A DNA stretch of 61,987 bases, the filler included, from Stramenopiles sp. TOSAG23-2 (lineage: Eukaryota): the NCBI GenBank assembly GCA_900128395.1. It is 22 parts of 22 records of this genome, joined end to end, with 100 filler letters (N's around TTAATTAATTAA, not from the genome) between each part and the next. Parts side by side here need not be neighbours in the genome. Positions count along the whole stretch, not along the records: positions 33,962 to 36,685 come from LT651565.1; positions 36,786 to 39,509 come from LT651566.1; positions 39,610 to 42,331 come from LT651567.1; positions 42,432 to 45,146 come from LT651568.1; 18 more parts are not named here. One strand, 5' to 3'. The position numbers and the translations under genes are program-made. Positions 34,788 to 45,246 of the stretch are shown in pieces. The notes beneath the pieces were generated by a model. The model saw only the letters and a program-made list of their open reading frames with translations, ran no database searches and was not told the DNA's origin. Numbering within the stretch: position 1 is the stretch's first letter; each line of letters begins with the position of its first letter.

Positions 34788-36611
34788 TTGCGGCAAAGAT
34801 TAGATCAAAATATTTTGATCTTAACAAGGTGGTGTATAGATACAATATTTAACCGATTTTATTTATTGCAGGAGAAGAACGATTCTTCTAGATACTGTTG
34901 TAGCATGGGGAATGCCTACAAACATTTTGAGTGCATCCAAGAAGAGCAGGATACGTGGGAATCTCATACACTTTTCAAAAATGGTAAAAGTAAAGACCTA
35001 CAAAAAGATCGATCGCAACAGGGAAAACTAAGCGAATGTATGAGAGACAGTTTGAAGTATTGTTTTATATGCAGTAAGAAACGATTTACTGTAGCTTCGC
35101 AAAGAGCGACTTTGTATTATAGACACGGTGCTTCCTATATCCCATTTATCAAAAAACCTAGTTGGTGGAACAAAATGCCAGCACAGGGCGTTTTTTTTTA
35201 CATAACAGATGATAAATATATAATTACTTTTGGTGACTTGTTATTAGTTAAAAAATACTGGGATTCGCAACAGAATGTCAACAGAAACCAATATACAGTC
35301 GAAACTCTGAAAAAAGAAATATACAGTAGTAAAGTGACAATAAGTGAAATTAATGATAACATGAGAACAATATTAGATAGTTACATAGTTAAAGAAGAAG
35401 GATTTAGTAGTACTGAAGAAGTTAAAAAGCGGATTAAAGAAGTTCTCTGTGCAGATAACTTTTCAGCGATTTTTCGAAATAGCGAACATGTTGCAAATTA
35501 TATTAGAAATGGCTTGTGGACCTCCAACAAAATATTCAACAGACTCACAGAATCAAAAAAATTAGGAGGATATGGTTACTCTGATATGGAAATGAGAAAC
35601 CATTTTTTCCCCGAAACACACCTTATGAGACAAAATCTTACCAAGCATCCGACAGATTTACTTGGCGCAAACGATACATGGACCAAGCGAGGGTTACCTA
35701 TATATAAATATGACGAAATATATGAGGATGGGCACGACAAAGGTGAATACAAAGGTCTTTTTACTCTGCGTAGTAAAGATCAAACATTAACAAAAGAAGA
35801 CGTAGAAGGTGCATTCAACATGGTTATTATCGGCCCTACAGGTTCAGGAAAATCTTCGTTGTTGAACCACATGTTTAACTCTTACCTCGCCGAAGTTGGC
35901 GGGGATGGTACTTCTACCACTAAGGGGCTTAGACTTTACAAAGCGAAATGGTCATCGGATGAATTATGGCAAGACCGAGAAGAATTAAAATCGGAAAAAG
36001 TGAATATTTATGATTGCATTGGATTTTGTGATACAGATCTTTACAAAGAAAAGGGTAATATTGACGCAGTAGTCGATATTATAAAAAGTTCACTTAATTG
36101 TCAAGTAGTTCATCTAAACCAAGTTGTGGTCGTGTGTGCTGGTAACATTACAAATCCTCAAGTCGTTAGTATCAAGAAAATTCTAGAGTACTTGGATTAT
36201 AGTAAACACACTATGCAATTTAGGTTTGTGTGGAACAAATCTGATACTAGTAATGAGGCAAAAAGAGCAATAGCTAAAACTAATTTACCAAAGATATTAG
36301 GTATTGATAAAGTTTGGGAGATGAAGAAACAATCTTCTTTTTCCTCTTTCCCATCGAATATTATATTTGATGTTCCTCCACGTACAGTGTCACACGCACC
36401 AATTGTTATTACTTTTGGTATACAACCGGCGGCGGGTGAATACTACCAAGAAGATTTCGAGCGAGGAAGAAAATTTGGGATACCTCCAAAAAAAGAGCTC
36501 GCCCATCTATTCAATTGTGTTGGTATTCCTCGAATGAAATCTCCAATGATATGTGATATAAACACGGCAGAAACATTTGCCGCATCAAACGGATCTTGCA
36601 ACATATTGTAG
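34788..36611 (+). CDS. LRAT/permuted-NlpC-P60-like domain (inactive) + TRAFAC GTPase (AIG1/MMR-HSR1-like) + CaaX; first ATG at 34905
   Basis: FSAIFRNSEHVANYIRNG.W.S; G1 GPTGSGKS, G2 STT, G3 DCIG, G4 NKSD; ends CNIL. Confidence 0.72.
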   Translation: MRQRLDQNILILTRWCIDTIFNRFYLLQEKNDSSRYCCSMGNAYKHFECIQEEQDTWESHTLFKNGKSKDLQKDRSQQGKLSECMRDSLKYCFICSKKRFTVASQRATLYYRHGASYIPFIKKPSWWNKMPAQGVFFYITDDKYIITFGDLLLVKKYWDSQQNVNRNQYTVETLKKEIYSSKVTISEINDNMRTILDSYIVKEEGFSSTEEVKKRIKEVLCADNFSAIFRNSEHVANYIRNGLWTSNKIFNRLTESKKLGGYGYSDMEMRNHFFPETHLMRQNLTKHPTDLLGANDTWTKRGLPIYKYDEIYEDGHDKGEYKGLFTLRSKDQTLTKEDVEGAFNMVIIGPTGSGKSSLLNHMFNSYLAEVGGDGTSTTKGLRLYKAKWSSDELWQDREELKSEKVNIYDCIGFCDTDLYKEKGNIDAVVDIIKSSLNCQVVHLNQVVVVCAGNITNPQVVSIKKILEYLDYSKHTMQFRFVWNKSDTSNEAKRAIAKTNLPKILGIDKVWEMKKQSSFSSFPSNIIFDVPPRTVSHAPIVITFGIQPAAGEYYQEDFERGRKFGIPPKKELAHLFNCVGIPRMKSPMICDINTAETFAASNGSCNIL

Positions 36612-36785
36612 ATCAGGTTTCAACTTGTCTCTGTTTTGAAAAACAATACATCAGCAGAAGAATTTTATATTGATTGGGAGAATATNNNNNNNNNNNNNNN
36701 NNNNNNNNNNNNNNNNNNNNNNNNNNNNNTTAATTAATTAANNNNNNNNNNNNNNNNNNNNNNNNNNNNNNNNNNNNNNNNNNNN

Positions 36786-39138
36786 ATGTCAAACGATCAC
36801 TTTTAATATATTCAGTTATGGATGCACTAACCGCTTCATTCCCTTTTAAATCTAGTAAATGCGATATATCTTTTTTCTTTGGTGCAGTTTCATCACCAGC
36901 ACCTGAATAACAATTAGCTCTTTCACACATAGAGTAAGTCCATAGCGTACTATAGGAAATAGTATCCTCCGATTCACGTGATTCGTAATTTTGCTTTAAC
37001 GTTTTCACAAAATTTTTCACTAATTTACTCAACCCGTTACCTTTTTTACCCCACCACGTTTTCTTGACTTCTTCCTCATTTTCCACGAATCTTGTTAATT
37101 TTTCAATTGTTGTATCTAATAATTTATGCGATTCTGTAGCTGAATGGGCAGCAATTGCAGCAGATGCTTTGACGATCTCTCCAAGTTTTTGATCATCGTA
37201 CTCGTTGTCAGCACTAACACCATCTGTGTCATCTGTGTCTTTTTTACCACCATCAAAATCTATAAATGTTTTTAAACGTTCTACCCAAGTATCTTCCCTT
37301 AAAGTTTCGTCATCTGTTGCATCGTGACTGATGACATTAGCGCATGCTGCTGGGCACCATTCGTGTTGACATGGTTTTTTAGCATCCACGAAATGTTCTT
37401 GCAAACGCCTACGTTCATCTCCCCATCTTTTCAACGCTTTCCTTGATTCATAATCCTCTAATTTAAGTCGATCAAATTCAATTTGACTATCAATAATTTT
37501 TATTGTGGCTTCCATGATTTCTACCGTATTTTCCTCGTCTCCGTTTTCTTTTGCTTTTTCAATAGTCGTGTCTAACAATCCTAATAATTGAGTAATTCGC
37601 TCATACATAGTTTTTCGAGTCATTGCTTGCAGCGCAATGTCTTTGATAATATCCTCATCCGCTTGTTGTGTCTCGAAACGATCTGGCAAAATTGCTTCTC
37701 CATATTTTTCTATATATTCACCAGAGTCGATCACTTCAATACGAGGCATTTTTTTCCACGCACCACCTCTACAATGTGTAATTGCATCAGTACCCGCCTT
37801 TCGAAACCAACCTGGTGTCCCACCAACTTGGGAAACGTCTAAACAATTTAAACATTTATCCTCGCATATAACACCATTTGTTTTAATATCCCAATGCAAT
37901 GTTCCGCAATGCTCACAGTAATTTTGAGAATTCATGTTTTCGATCAATTTTGGATCATGACGTGGTTCATATGAATATGTGCACATACCTTTTTTATTTT
38001 CTTGAATATTTGTATCTTGTAATGAGGATGGGTATAAGTTACATGCTTCTATTAAATCAGATTTTGATAAAGTACTAAACCAACCAGCTTCTATTGTTTT
38101 TTCACAGTCTTTCTCTTTTACTTCCTTATCAGTTCCAATTGTAGCTTTTCCTTTATCGGATAAACCACAAGATGCTTGGCGACGTGAGCGTATTGCATCC
38201 GCTGGACTTTTCCCCCGATGACAAAAATTACGTCTTAAACAACGTGCTGGAATTTCTTTCGCCGAGCCAAGGGCATTTGCGGCTGATTCTGCATTTCTAC
38301 TCTCTCCAAGGGAAACTAATTGCCACGATGATTTGTCGCGTGGTTGAAATTCACCTGCAAACAATCGTCCTCCCCATTCTAAGGATTTTCTAGCAACCCA
38401 TGTTGTCTTTCGAGAACATGGTTCAATTTTTAACTCGGTATACTTTGAAGAATCAGCTTCCTCAGCAGCGACTAAACATTGCATACCAATAATTCCGTTA
38501 GCTTCATCTTTCTGCTCTGGCGAATCTTCTGGATAATGAACACGCAACCATATTTTCGTCTCATCGCAATCGCAGTTGTCATCTTTGCTGCAGCTTTTCA
38601 ATTCTTCCATTGTTCCTCCACACCGTTTATCAAATTTTGTTTTTACTATTGCTTCTAACTGTGAGTCACTATCTACACTAGCGTCCCTTTCGTCAAACTC
38701 ATATGTTGGATGTGCTTTATTTGGGTCGGGAACATTTTTTGGGCGTTTCAATATTTGACTAGCCTTTTCCCATTTAATAAATGCGCTTCTACCAGTTTCT
38801 ATATTGCTAAGCGCCACACCGTCTTTACTTATAAGATCAATATTGGATATACCTTCCGTTCCTTCTATTTCGACATCTGCCACTAAACGTTCTGCTGGTA
38901 TTAACCATCTTAAATCTTTCGGTACAACTGTTCGTAACTCACACCATGGTAAAGATTTTGGAACTTTAACGCCTTCTTTAGCAACTGCTGAATCTTCAAC
39001 CAGCTTAAGCTGTGCTTCTACAGCCTGCGGCTTCATAGATGCAGCAGGTCGTTGAACAGGAGCGGCATTGGACTCTAAAACAAAAATAATTAACAAAAAT
39101 ATTGGCAGCGAAAGAAAATAATTACGTAGAAAAACCAT
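36786..39138 (-). CDS. Large secreted cysteine-rich / coiled-coil protein, 3' truncated
   Basis: Signal peptide MVFLRNYFLSLPIFLLIIFVLESNA; many Cys; about 780 open codons. Confidence 0.6.
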
Positions 39139-40419
39139 ACTTTTGTTTATTTATTTATCGACGTATTATAATTATCTTTTTTTAAAAGATAATATATATG
39201 GAAAAACAAACTATACAGATATATATTAGATTTTATTCTCTAATACAATACTGTATAAGTTTGTAAGTCTACACAATATTTTGATTATTATTAAGTTGTT
39301 TCAGGTATTTGTATATGTATACAGATATATGTTATTGCACTGTTGTATATAAATTATATAACATATTAATATAATATAGATGCACTGTCATTATTGCACT
39401 ATTATTATTATTATAATTTTTCTCCTCCTTTTTTTTACGACATGTAGATTTGCAAATGAAGACTGTCGTTGTTTGTTGTTCTGCGCTGGAAATACGGTAC
39501 GAACAGGGGNNNNNNNNNNNNNNNNNNNNNNNNNNNNNNNNNNNNNNNNNNNNTTAATTAATTAANNNNNNNNNNNNNNNNNNNNNNNNNNNNNNNNNNN
39601 NNNNNNNNNTTTTTATATTTAGTATATGATTTACTTTTACTCTCTCCACTAACATGTATTATATATTTTGTTGTTGTATTATTTGTTTGGAGAGATTTTA
39701 TTAATCATGATAAATTCAATTAAGTTATTAAGGGTTGGACGAATAAAAATTTTTGCAACATCATGTTGGCAGGTATTATACTCCTCAGGAAACCCTGCTA
39801 GCGCTATGCTATTCGTAATACCACCTGGTGGTAGTTGTGGGCTGTTGTAGCTAGGAGCTAGCCAGCTAGGGAAGACGAGGCGTTTAGTGTATAGGGATGG
39901 AGTAATCTATACTTTATACTTTATAATAGCTGGTTATATTTTAATAGCTATAGCGGCTTACCAGCTTACAGTACCAGGCTTACCTGGCTTACACAAGAAT
40001 GATTTTACTTTTCTCTCACATAGACGACTACTTCTTGTGGTGAATTTTTAATATTTATATTATCCAAAATCCAAATATTAAAAAAATACACATAATATTT
40101 TTGATTTGCAAATTTTAAAAAAAAATTATATGACAATCATGATAATTATTTATAAAATATTAACAATCTCCATATTTTACGTAATATGTTTTTTAATATA
40201 ATATGTATAATCAATTTAATTCAGAATTTCTTTTTCTTTTCGTTTTTCAAGCGCAAATTGATATAATATTCTTATATGTATAAAATATATATACTATGAT
40301 GTGAGATAATATCTTTGAACATAATATTATATTCTAAAATGATATATCATATATAAATATATTATCAATGTAATATATTCGGCAATCTTTGCTCTTTTTT
40401 TTTTGAGTGATTTTTTGAC

Positions 40420-41436
40420 TTAAAATTCAATACCAGTAACATCATCTTCAATGCCACATTCGTCAGTACCTTTTGCGATTTTAAAGAAACCACCATCACC
40501 CCATTCGTTATTCCATGAGTTTTTAACCAACCAGTAATCTTTACCATCCTCAGTTCCGTAACCAACCATTTCAACAGCATGACCACCTAACATTTGGCCG
40601 GATTGATGAGTGTAAACGCCTGATTTATAAGTTGGGAAATCACCGTAAACAGTAAATGCAACTGCTAATGGCCCGTTCTCAACCAATTCCCTCATGATGT
40701 TTTGAACACCAGATACAGAATATGCATTGCTACCTTTAGTTTTGTCATCGGAATAACTTTTTGGGTATGTGGGTTCGGAGCATGATGCGGCACATTTTGG
40801 AGTTGGGTATTCACTTGTTGGGCATTTTGCATATTTTGGGGTTGCAGGTACGTGATGTGCACATGGTTTTAATGTGTATGGTCTGCAACTTGAGCCACTA
40901 CCAATATCTGGGTAGTCCCCTCCGGTTACGACGCCAGTTTTTGCCATCCATTGCAATGCAGCGGATGGTTGTCCACCGTTACATCCCTGGGAGAAACCAC
41001 AAGCAAATGATCTGCAGCATGATGCGGTATCTTCAGTTGAGAATTCAACATCTTTACCAGTTGCAATGCAACGTCTGTCTTCGAAGGATTCTGTGGATCC
41101 AAACGCCCAGCATGAACCACATGAAGATTGATCTCTTACTTTACTGATAACAGTACAGTTTGAATGTGCAGTACGTGCGTCGAATGATGTTGGTAATGCA
41201 GTGTAGTCGTAGTTGTCTTCGTATTTTCTTTCTGGCAATCTCATGTATTTTGGATGATCTTTCAACCAGGTACCACATAAGATTTTTGCGTCTGCCGTTG
41301 AGTTAAAACGTGTTGGAAGTTCTGCTTTCCATGATGATTTTGGGTTATTGTTTACCGTAGCAACTAATTCTTCAAATTCTTGTGCATTCCCAACTGCAGC
41401 AAGTGCGCATAATGCAATTGCAATAAATACTTTCAT
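40420..41436 (-). CDS. CTSB: Cathepsin B (papain family C1A)
   Basis: Signal peptide, LPTSFDAR, QSSCGSCWAF, GCNGG, occluding loop PCAHH, GGHAV, NSWN, CGIE. Confidence 0.95.
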   Translation of the reverse strand: MKVFIAIALCALAAVGNAQEFEELVATVNNNPKSSWKAELPTRFNSTADAKILCGTWLKDHPKYMRLPERKYEDNYDYTALPTSFDARTAHSNCTVISKVRDQSSCGSCWAFGSTESFEDRRCIATGKDVEFSTEDTASCCRSFACGFSQGCNGGQPSAALQWMAKTGVVTGGDYPDIGSGSSCRPYTLKPCAHHVPATPKYAKCPTSEYPTPKCAASCSEPTYPKSYSDDKTKGSNAYSVSGVQNIMRELVENGPLAVAFTVYGDFPTYKSGVYTHQSGQMLGGHAVEMVGYGTEDGKDYWLVKNSWNNEWGDGGFFKIAKGTDECGIEDDVTGIEF

Positions 41437-41919
41437 TTTTTGTTTTGCTTTTGTTTTCGTTTATTTGTTTTTTTCTATCTTGTTGTATTTGTTGTTTTAA
41501 TAAAATAAATTGTTTCTTCTTTCCCTTTATTAATCTATATATATAAATCTATATTATCTATATCTATGTATAATACATCATATTTTACAGTTAGGTATAA
41601 CGTTGTTTACCTGGTAAATATATAAGATCAAGATCATAAAAAAAAATACAAAAACGAGTGGGTGGTATAGGCAACTGTAAACTAAGGAGAAAAGAGTCAG
41701 ACATTAATACAATGCATATATAATGTAATTTTGTATTTGATAGGTAAATTAATAGTATAACTATTATTATCAGCAAAACCCAAAAAAAATATCTTTTTCC
41801 GTGTGCCTGTTGTGTATCACATCAACACAATATTATACCTGTACAATAGCATCTACTCCGGGTACCTGAGCATATAAACTTAGCATTGAGAGCGAAGTGT
41901 ATATACTCAGGATTTTAAT

Positions 41920-42159
41920 GCTGATTAAAGTGAGCACGATTTTTAAACCTTAAAATATAGAAGGTGAATAGCATTACGTCATTTAGGCCGTAATAGCACT
42001 ACGAAGGTACAATAAAATTATCGACATAGAAAGGCTTATACTTGGTAGATTATATGTCAAAATCTAATGTAACTTCGTAGTGCTATTACGGCCTAAATGA
42101 CGTAATGCTATTCACCTTCTATATTTTAAGGTTTAAAAATCGTGCTCACTTTTATCAGC
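41920..42159. repeat. Inverted repeat: 87-nt arms (41920-42006 / 42073-42159), 66-nt spacer
   Basis: gctgattaaagtgagcacg...gcactacgaag versus cttcgtagtgc...cgtgctcacttttatcagc; one mismatch seen. Confidence 0.93.
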
Positions 42160-42481
42160 GAAAGATTATCGAGTAGTTGTGTTGGTGCTATAATATACTA
42201 CTGGTGGTTGTTGATACGAAAAGGAAAAAAATAATTTTTTTTATTTTTTTTTTATAATATATTTTATATATTATTTATTTTTTAAAACACACATGACGAC
42301 ACATTACAAACGACAACAAAAACGAAACTCTNNNNNNNNNNNNNNNNNNNNNNNNNNNNNNNNNNNNNNNNNNNNTTAATTAATTAANNNNNNNNNNNNN
42401 NNNNNNNNNNNNNNNNNNNNNNNNNNNNNNNTCCGTAACCTTCAAACCAAGTATGTCGTCGGGCATAAGCTAACTTACGCA

Positions 42482-43006
42482 ATATTATTTAATCATGAAT
42501 CTCCAAGGCGAGGACCGACATTTGTAACCAAAAAAATTACACGAGCCGTAGCAAACATTTGCAAACAAAAACAAGATCGTCTATTTTTAGGAAATTTAGA
42601 CGCAAAAAGAGATTGGGGCCATGCTAAAGATTACGTAAAAGCAATGTGGCTAATGCTACAATCTAGTAGTCCAAAAGATTATGTTTGTGCAACTGGTACA
42701 ATGGCGACTGTAAGAGAATTTGTTGAATTGGCATTTCAATGTGTCGGTGTTACTATTAAATGGGAAGGCAAAGGTTTGAATGAAATTGGCAGTATTAGCA
42801 GTATAGCAGATGATTCTAAATATTTTCATAGCAATATTATCGGAAAACGAGTCATATTTGTTGACCCAAGGTATTATAGGCCTTGCGAAGTGGAAGAGTT
42901 GTGTGGTGATGCATCTTTAATTAAAGCAGATCTAGGTTGGGAACCTACATCTTCTTTAAAAGACATTGTTACAGAAATGGTAGACTTTGACTTGGGTAAT
43001 TCTTGA
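42482..43006 (+). CDS. gmd: GDP-mannose 4,6-dehydratase, C-terminal half
   Basis: ILFNHESPRRGPTFVTKKITRAVA, LGNLDAKRDWGHAKDYVKAMWLMLQ, VDPRYYRPCEVEELCGD. Confidence 0.93.
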   Translation: MLFNHESPRRGPTFVTKKITRAVANICKQKQDRLFLGNLDAKRDWGHAKDYVKAMWLMLQSSSPKDYVCATGTMATVREFVELAFQCVGVTIKWEGKGLNEIGSISSIADDSKYFHSNIIGKRVIFVDPRYYRPCEVEELCGDASLIKADLGWEPTSSLKDIVTEMVDFDLGNS

Positions 43007-43092
43007 ATGCATTTTTCAAAATGCTTTATTAACGTATACGTGCCACCAAGGAAATATTTTCTACAATTTGCACATTGTAAAACCTTTGGCAT
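42874..43092 (-). CDS. Possible small C2HC zinc-finger protein overlapping the gmd 3' end
   Basis: MPKVLQCANCRKYFLGGTYTLIKHFEKC; ATG preceded by an AT-rich stretch shared with the divergent gene at 43135. Confidence 0.4.
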   Translation of the reverse strand: MPKVLQCANCRKYFLGGTYTLIKHFEKCIQELPKSKSTISVTMSFKEDVGSQPRSALIKDASPHNSSTSQGL

Positions 43093-43134
43093 AATGTATA
43101 TATAAAAATAAATACAAATATTATATACAAAAAA

Positions 43135-43596
43135 ATGTTTAAATATTGTTTATGGCTGGTTGTCAATGATCCTAAGGTCATTGAACAAAATAAAAAGATT
43201 GCTGAATTATTAAATACTAAACCTTTCATTCCCCATATTACTATCAATCATACCATGCCTACACCAATGTTTTATAGCGGCATACATCGACCTAATAATA
43301 TATACTTTGTAGACCAACCGACAGCTTCGACTTCATTTGTTCGCGATGAAAACAATAAATTGAGATTATTCCATGCAATCGAACAAAAAGTATATGTCCC
43401 TTTTTTTAAAGATGTCGAGGCACATATGTCCTTAGCATACAGAGTCGATAAAGAACCATTTACATTACGAGATTTAATGAGAATACCAATTTTAGGATTA
43501 GATTTGATAAACTATAAAGTGCAGAAAAAAAATTTAAAAATAAAAAACGCAAACTGCTGGGACGATAATCCTGAAAAATGGTATATAATCAGATGA
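43135..43596 (+). CDS. 2H-phosphoesterase-like protein of the type seen in large algal DNA viruses
   Basis: YCLWL start and two HxT/S motifs: PHIT and HMSLAY. Confidence 0.65.
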   Translation: MFKYCLWLVVNDPKVIEQNKKIAELLNTKPFIPHITINHTMPTPMFYSGIHRPNNIYFVDQPTASTSFVRDENNKLRLFHAIEQKVYVPFFKDVEAHMSLAYRVDKEPFTLRDLMRIPILGLDLINYKVQKKNLKIKNANCWDDNPEKWYIIR

Positions 43597-43682
43597 ACCT
43601 TATACACGTAGTTGGACTAATCAGTATCACATTTATTCTTATGCAAACAGCTGAAGGATTTTTAGCTGAAACTTTTGCTACA

Positions 43683-44399
43683 TTATTGTTCTTGTTCGCA
43701 ATTCTGTTGTTTGTCCAATATATGTGTTTCTAAATAATTTGTATTATTAATTTTGTTATATCTTTTTATTAATGCTATCTTCTCTTCTTCTTTATATCTT
43801 CCATTCTTACTTAAATTATCTTTTGCTAGCATCGGGCGTAGATTGTCGTACCAGTGCAAGATCTTCTGTTCTTCTATACTTATGCCAAATGCACAACAAG
43901 GGACTACATGATCGATATGCCATTCGTTACGATTTTGCCATGACATATTATCATCAAAATACTTCTCTAAATGAGCATTTAAGAATTCTGGTGAACAACC
44001 CATGATTTCAGATGTTTTGGCGTTTTTTTTGACACCATGCTTGTTAAAGCATTCATGTATACGTGTACGCATATTACGTTTTGTTCTAAATACAGGATCT
44101 TCCTTGTAACGTTTTCTTCGGTAGGCATTCCATTTACCGTTCAGTTGTCGTTTTTTTGCCGCTTTTCGATTTCTTGCTCTAGAACGTTCTCTGCCTTCTT
44201 CGGTTGCATAAAGTCCTCGAGTTTGTTGTTTTGATCTTGCATTAGCACAAGTTTTGCACGATGGTTGTAAATTGTCCCATTGATTTTTACCTTTAGTATA
44301 TGCTTGAAGTGGCTGCCATGTGTCGCATTTCCAACAATGTTTCTCTTCGATCCCTTCATTAAATCGGTGCTCTTTTCTTTTTCGTCCTGCTCTTGGCAT
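43683..44399 (-). CDS. HNH / endonuclease-VII-like (homing-type) endonuclease with N-terminal Zn finger
   Basis: CWKC...CKTC; IMGCSPEFLNAHLEKYF..MSWQN..EWHIDHVVP...WYDNLRPMLAKDNLSKN. Confidence 0.85.
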   Translation of the reverse strand: MPRAGRKRKEHRFNEGIEEKHCWKCDTWQPLQAYTKGKNQWDNLQPSCKTCANARSKQQTRGLYATEEGRERSRARNRKAAKKRQLNGKWNAYRRKRYKEDPVFRTKRNMRTRIHECFNKHGVKKNAKTSEIMGCSPEFLNAHLEKYFDDNMSWQNRNEWHIDHVVPCCAFGISIEEQKILHWYDNLRPMLAKDNLSKNGRYKEEEKIALIKRYNKINNTNYLETHILDKQQNCEQEQ

Positions 44400-44413
44400 G
44401 TTTATTTATATTA

Positions 44414-44839
44414 CTATTGTTTTATGTAGCTAAACATTCGAAGCTGTTGAATTAAATCTACTCTAGATTTAAGAATCGCGTATTCTTGTTTCAATAGCTT
44501 AAACTTTGTTCCTTCGCCCGTATAATAGAAATACCTGACGTAATAACTTTCGCTGCGCCAAGCTACTATGTTTTCTAACTCATTATATAATTTTTGTACA
44601 TATTTTAGCTGATCATATATTGCATCAATTACATTGTCTTTTTTATTTTTCTCACAGAAATCTTTAATGATTACTAGAGATTGCTTGACATCAAAATGTC
44701 GGTTCCATGTGTCGTACTTTTTGGCAGCTTCAATATCTTGTTCAGTCTTTGTGTGAAGTTCCTTTGGGTAAATGAGATATGATACCAGCCTCACAGCACC
44801 ATACGTTGCTGCTGAACCACTTATTAATGAAGTTATCAT
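44414..44839 (-). CDS. Hypothetical (viral-like) protein; likely start MITSL at 44839
   Basis: Packed between the resolvase and HNH genes (14-nt gap to HNH start); hydrophobic N-terminus. Confidence 0.55.
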   Translation of the reverse strand: MITSLISGSAATYGAVRLVSYLIYPKELHTKTEQDIEAAKKYDTWNRHFDVKQSLVIIKDFCEKNKKDNVIDAIYDQLKYVQKLYNELENIVAWRSESYYVRYFYYTGEGTKFKLLKQEYAILKSRVDLIQQLRMFSYIKQ

Positions 44840-45146
44840 CTTCTTTTTTCTTCTTTTCCTTCGTTGGTTTATACTCGGAATATTCATGATATGCTATCAA
44901 TCCAGCATCTGCAACATCATCAAGTTTGGCTTTATTAGCCTTCTTGACTAATCCCTGTAACCATTGCAGTTGACAAGTTTCTCGGCACAAATTTTGGAAT
45001 ATTCGGACCCCAATAAGTTTTCTGTCTCGATACTTAACAACTCCGGAGTAGCCAAAATATCTCTTGATCGCTTGCGGCGTAACGATTTTCGCCACCGTCC
45101 CAAATTCATTCTCCAAGTGCGTTTCCGCGACTCGCATTTTTAAAAG
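44742..45146 (-). CDS. RuvC-like / poxvirus-A22-type Holliday junction resolvase, C-terminal part
   Basis: IVTPQAIKRYFG...YRDRK...KLDDVADAGLIA (DDxADA acidic motif). Confidence 0.7.
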   Translation of the reverse strand, partial: LLKMRVAETHLENEFGTVAKIVTPQAIKRYFGYSGVVKYRDRKLIGVRIFQNLCRETCQLQWLQGLVKKANKAKLDDVADAGLIAYHEYSEYKPTKEKKKKEDDNFINKWFSSNVWCCEAGIISHLPKGTSHKD

Positions 45147-45246
45147 NNNNNNNNNNNNNNNNNNNNNNNNNNNNNNNNNNNNNNNNNNNNTTAATTAATT
45201 AANNNNNNNNNNNNNNNNNNNNNNNNNNNNNNNNNNNNNNNNNNNN

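Larger units (their letters stand above)
42432..45146. mobile_element. Putative giant-virus (Nucleocytoviricota or mirusvirus) genome fragment
   Basis: Five to six abutting or overlapping intronless genes, no poly-Asn tracts, gene set gmd + 2H + HNH + A22-like resolvase. Confidence 0.7.

Noticed and set aside
31137-36611. Cluster of three CaaX-ending proteins (CELM, CSIQ, CNIL)
   Set aside because: They lie on two unlinked scaffolds and CaaX endings are common; no evidence of a functional cluster
40420-45146. Virus-like region integrated next to cathepsin B and the hairpin
   Set aside because: A linker at 42332-42431 separates them; the adjacency comes from length sorting
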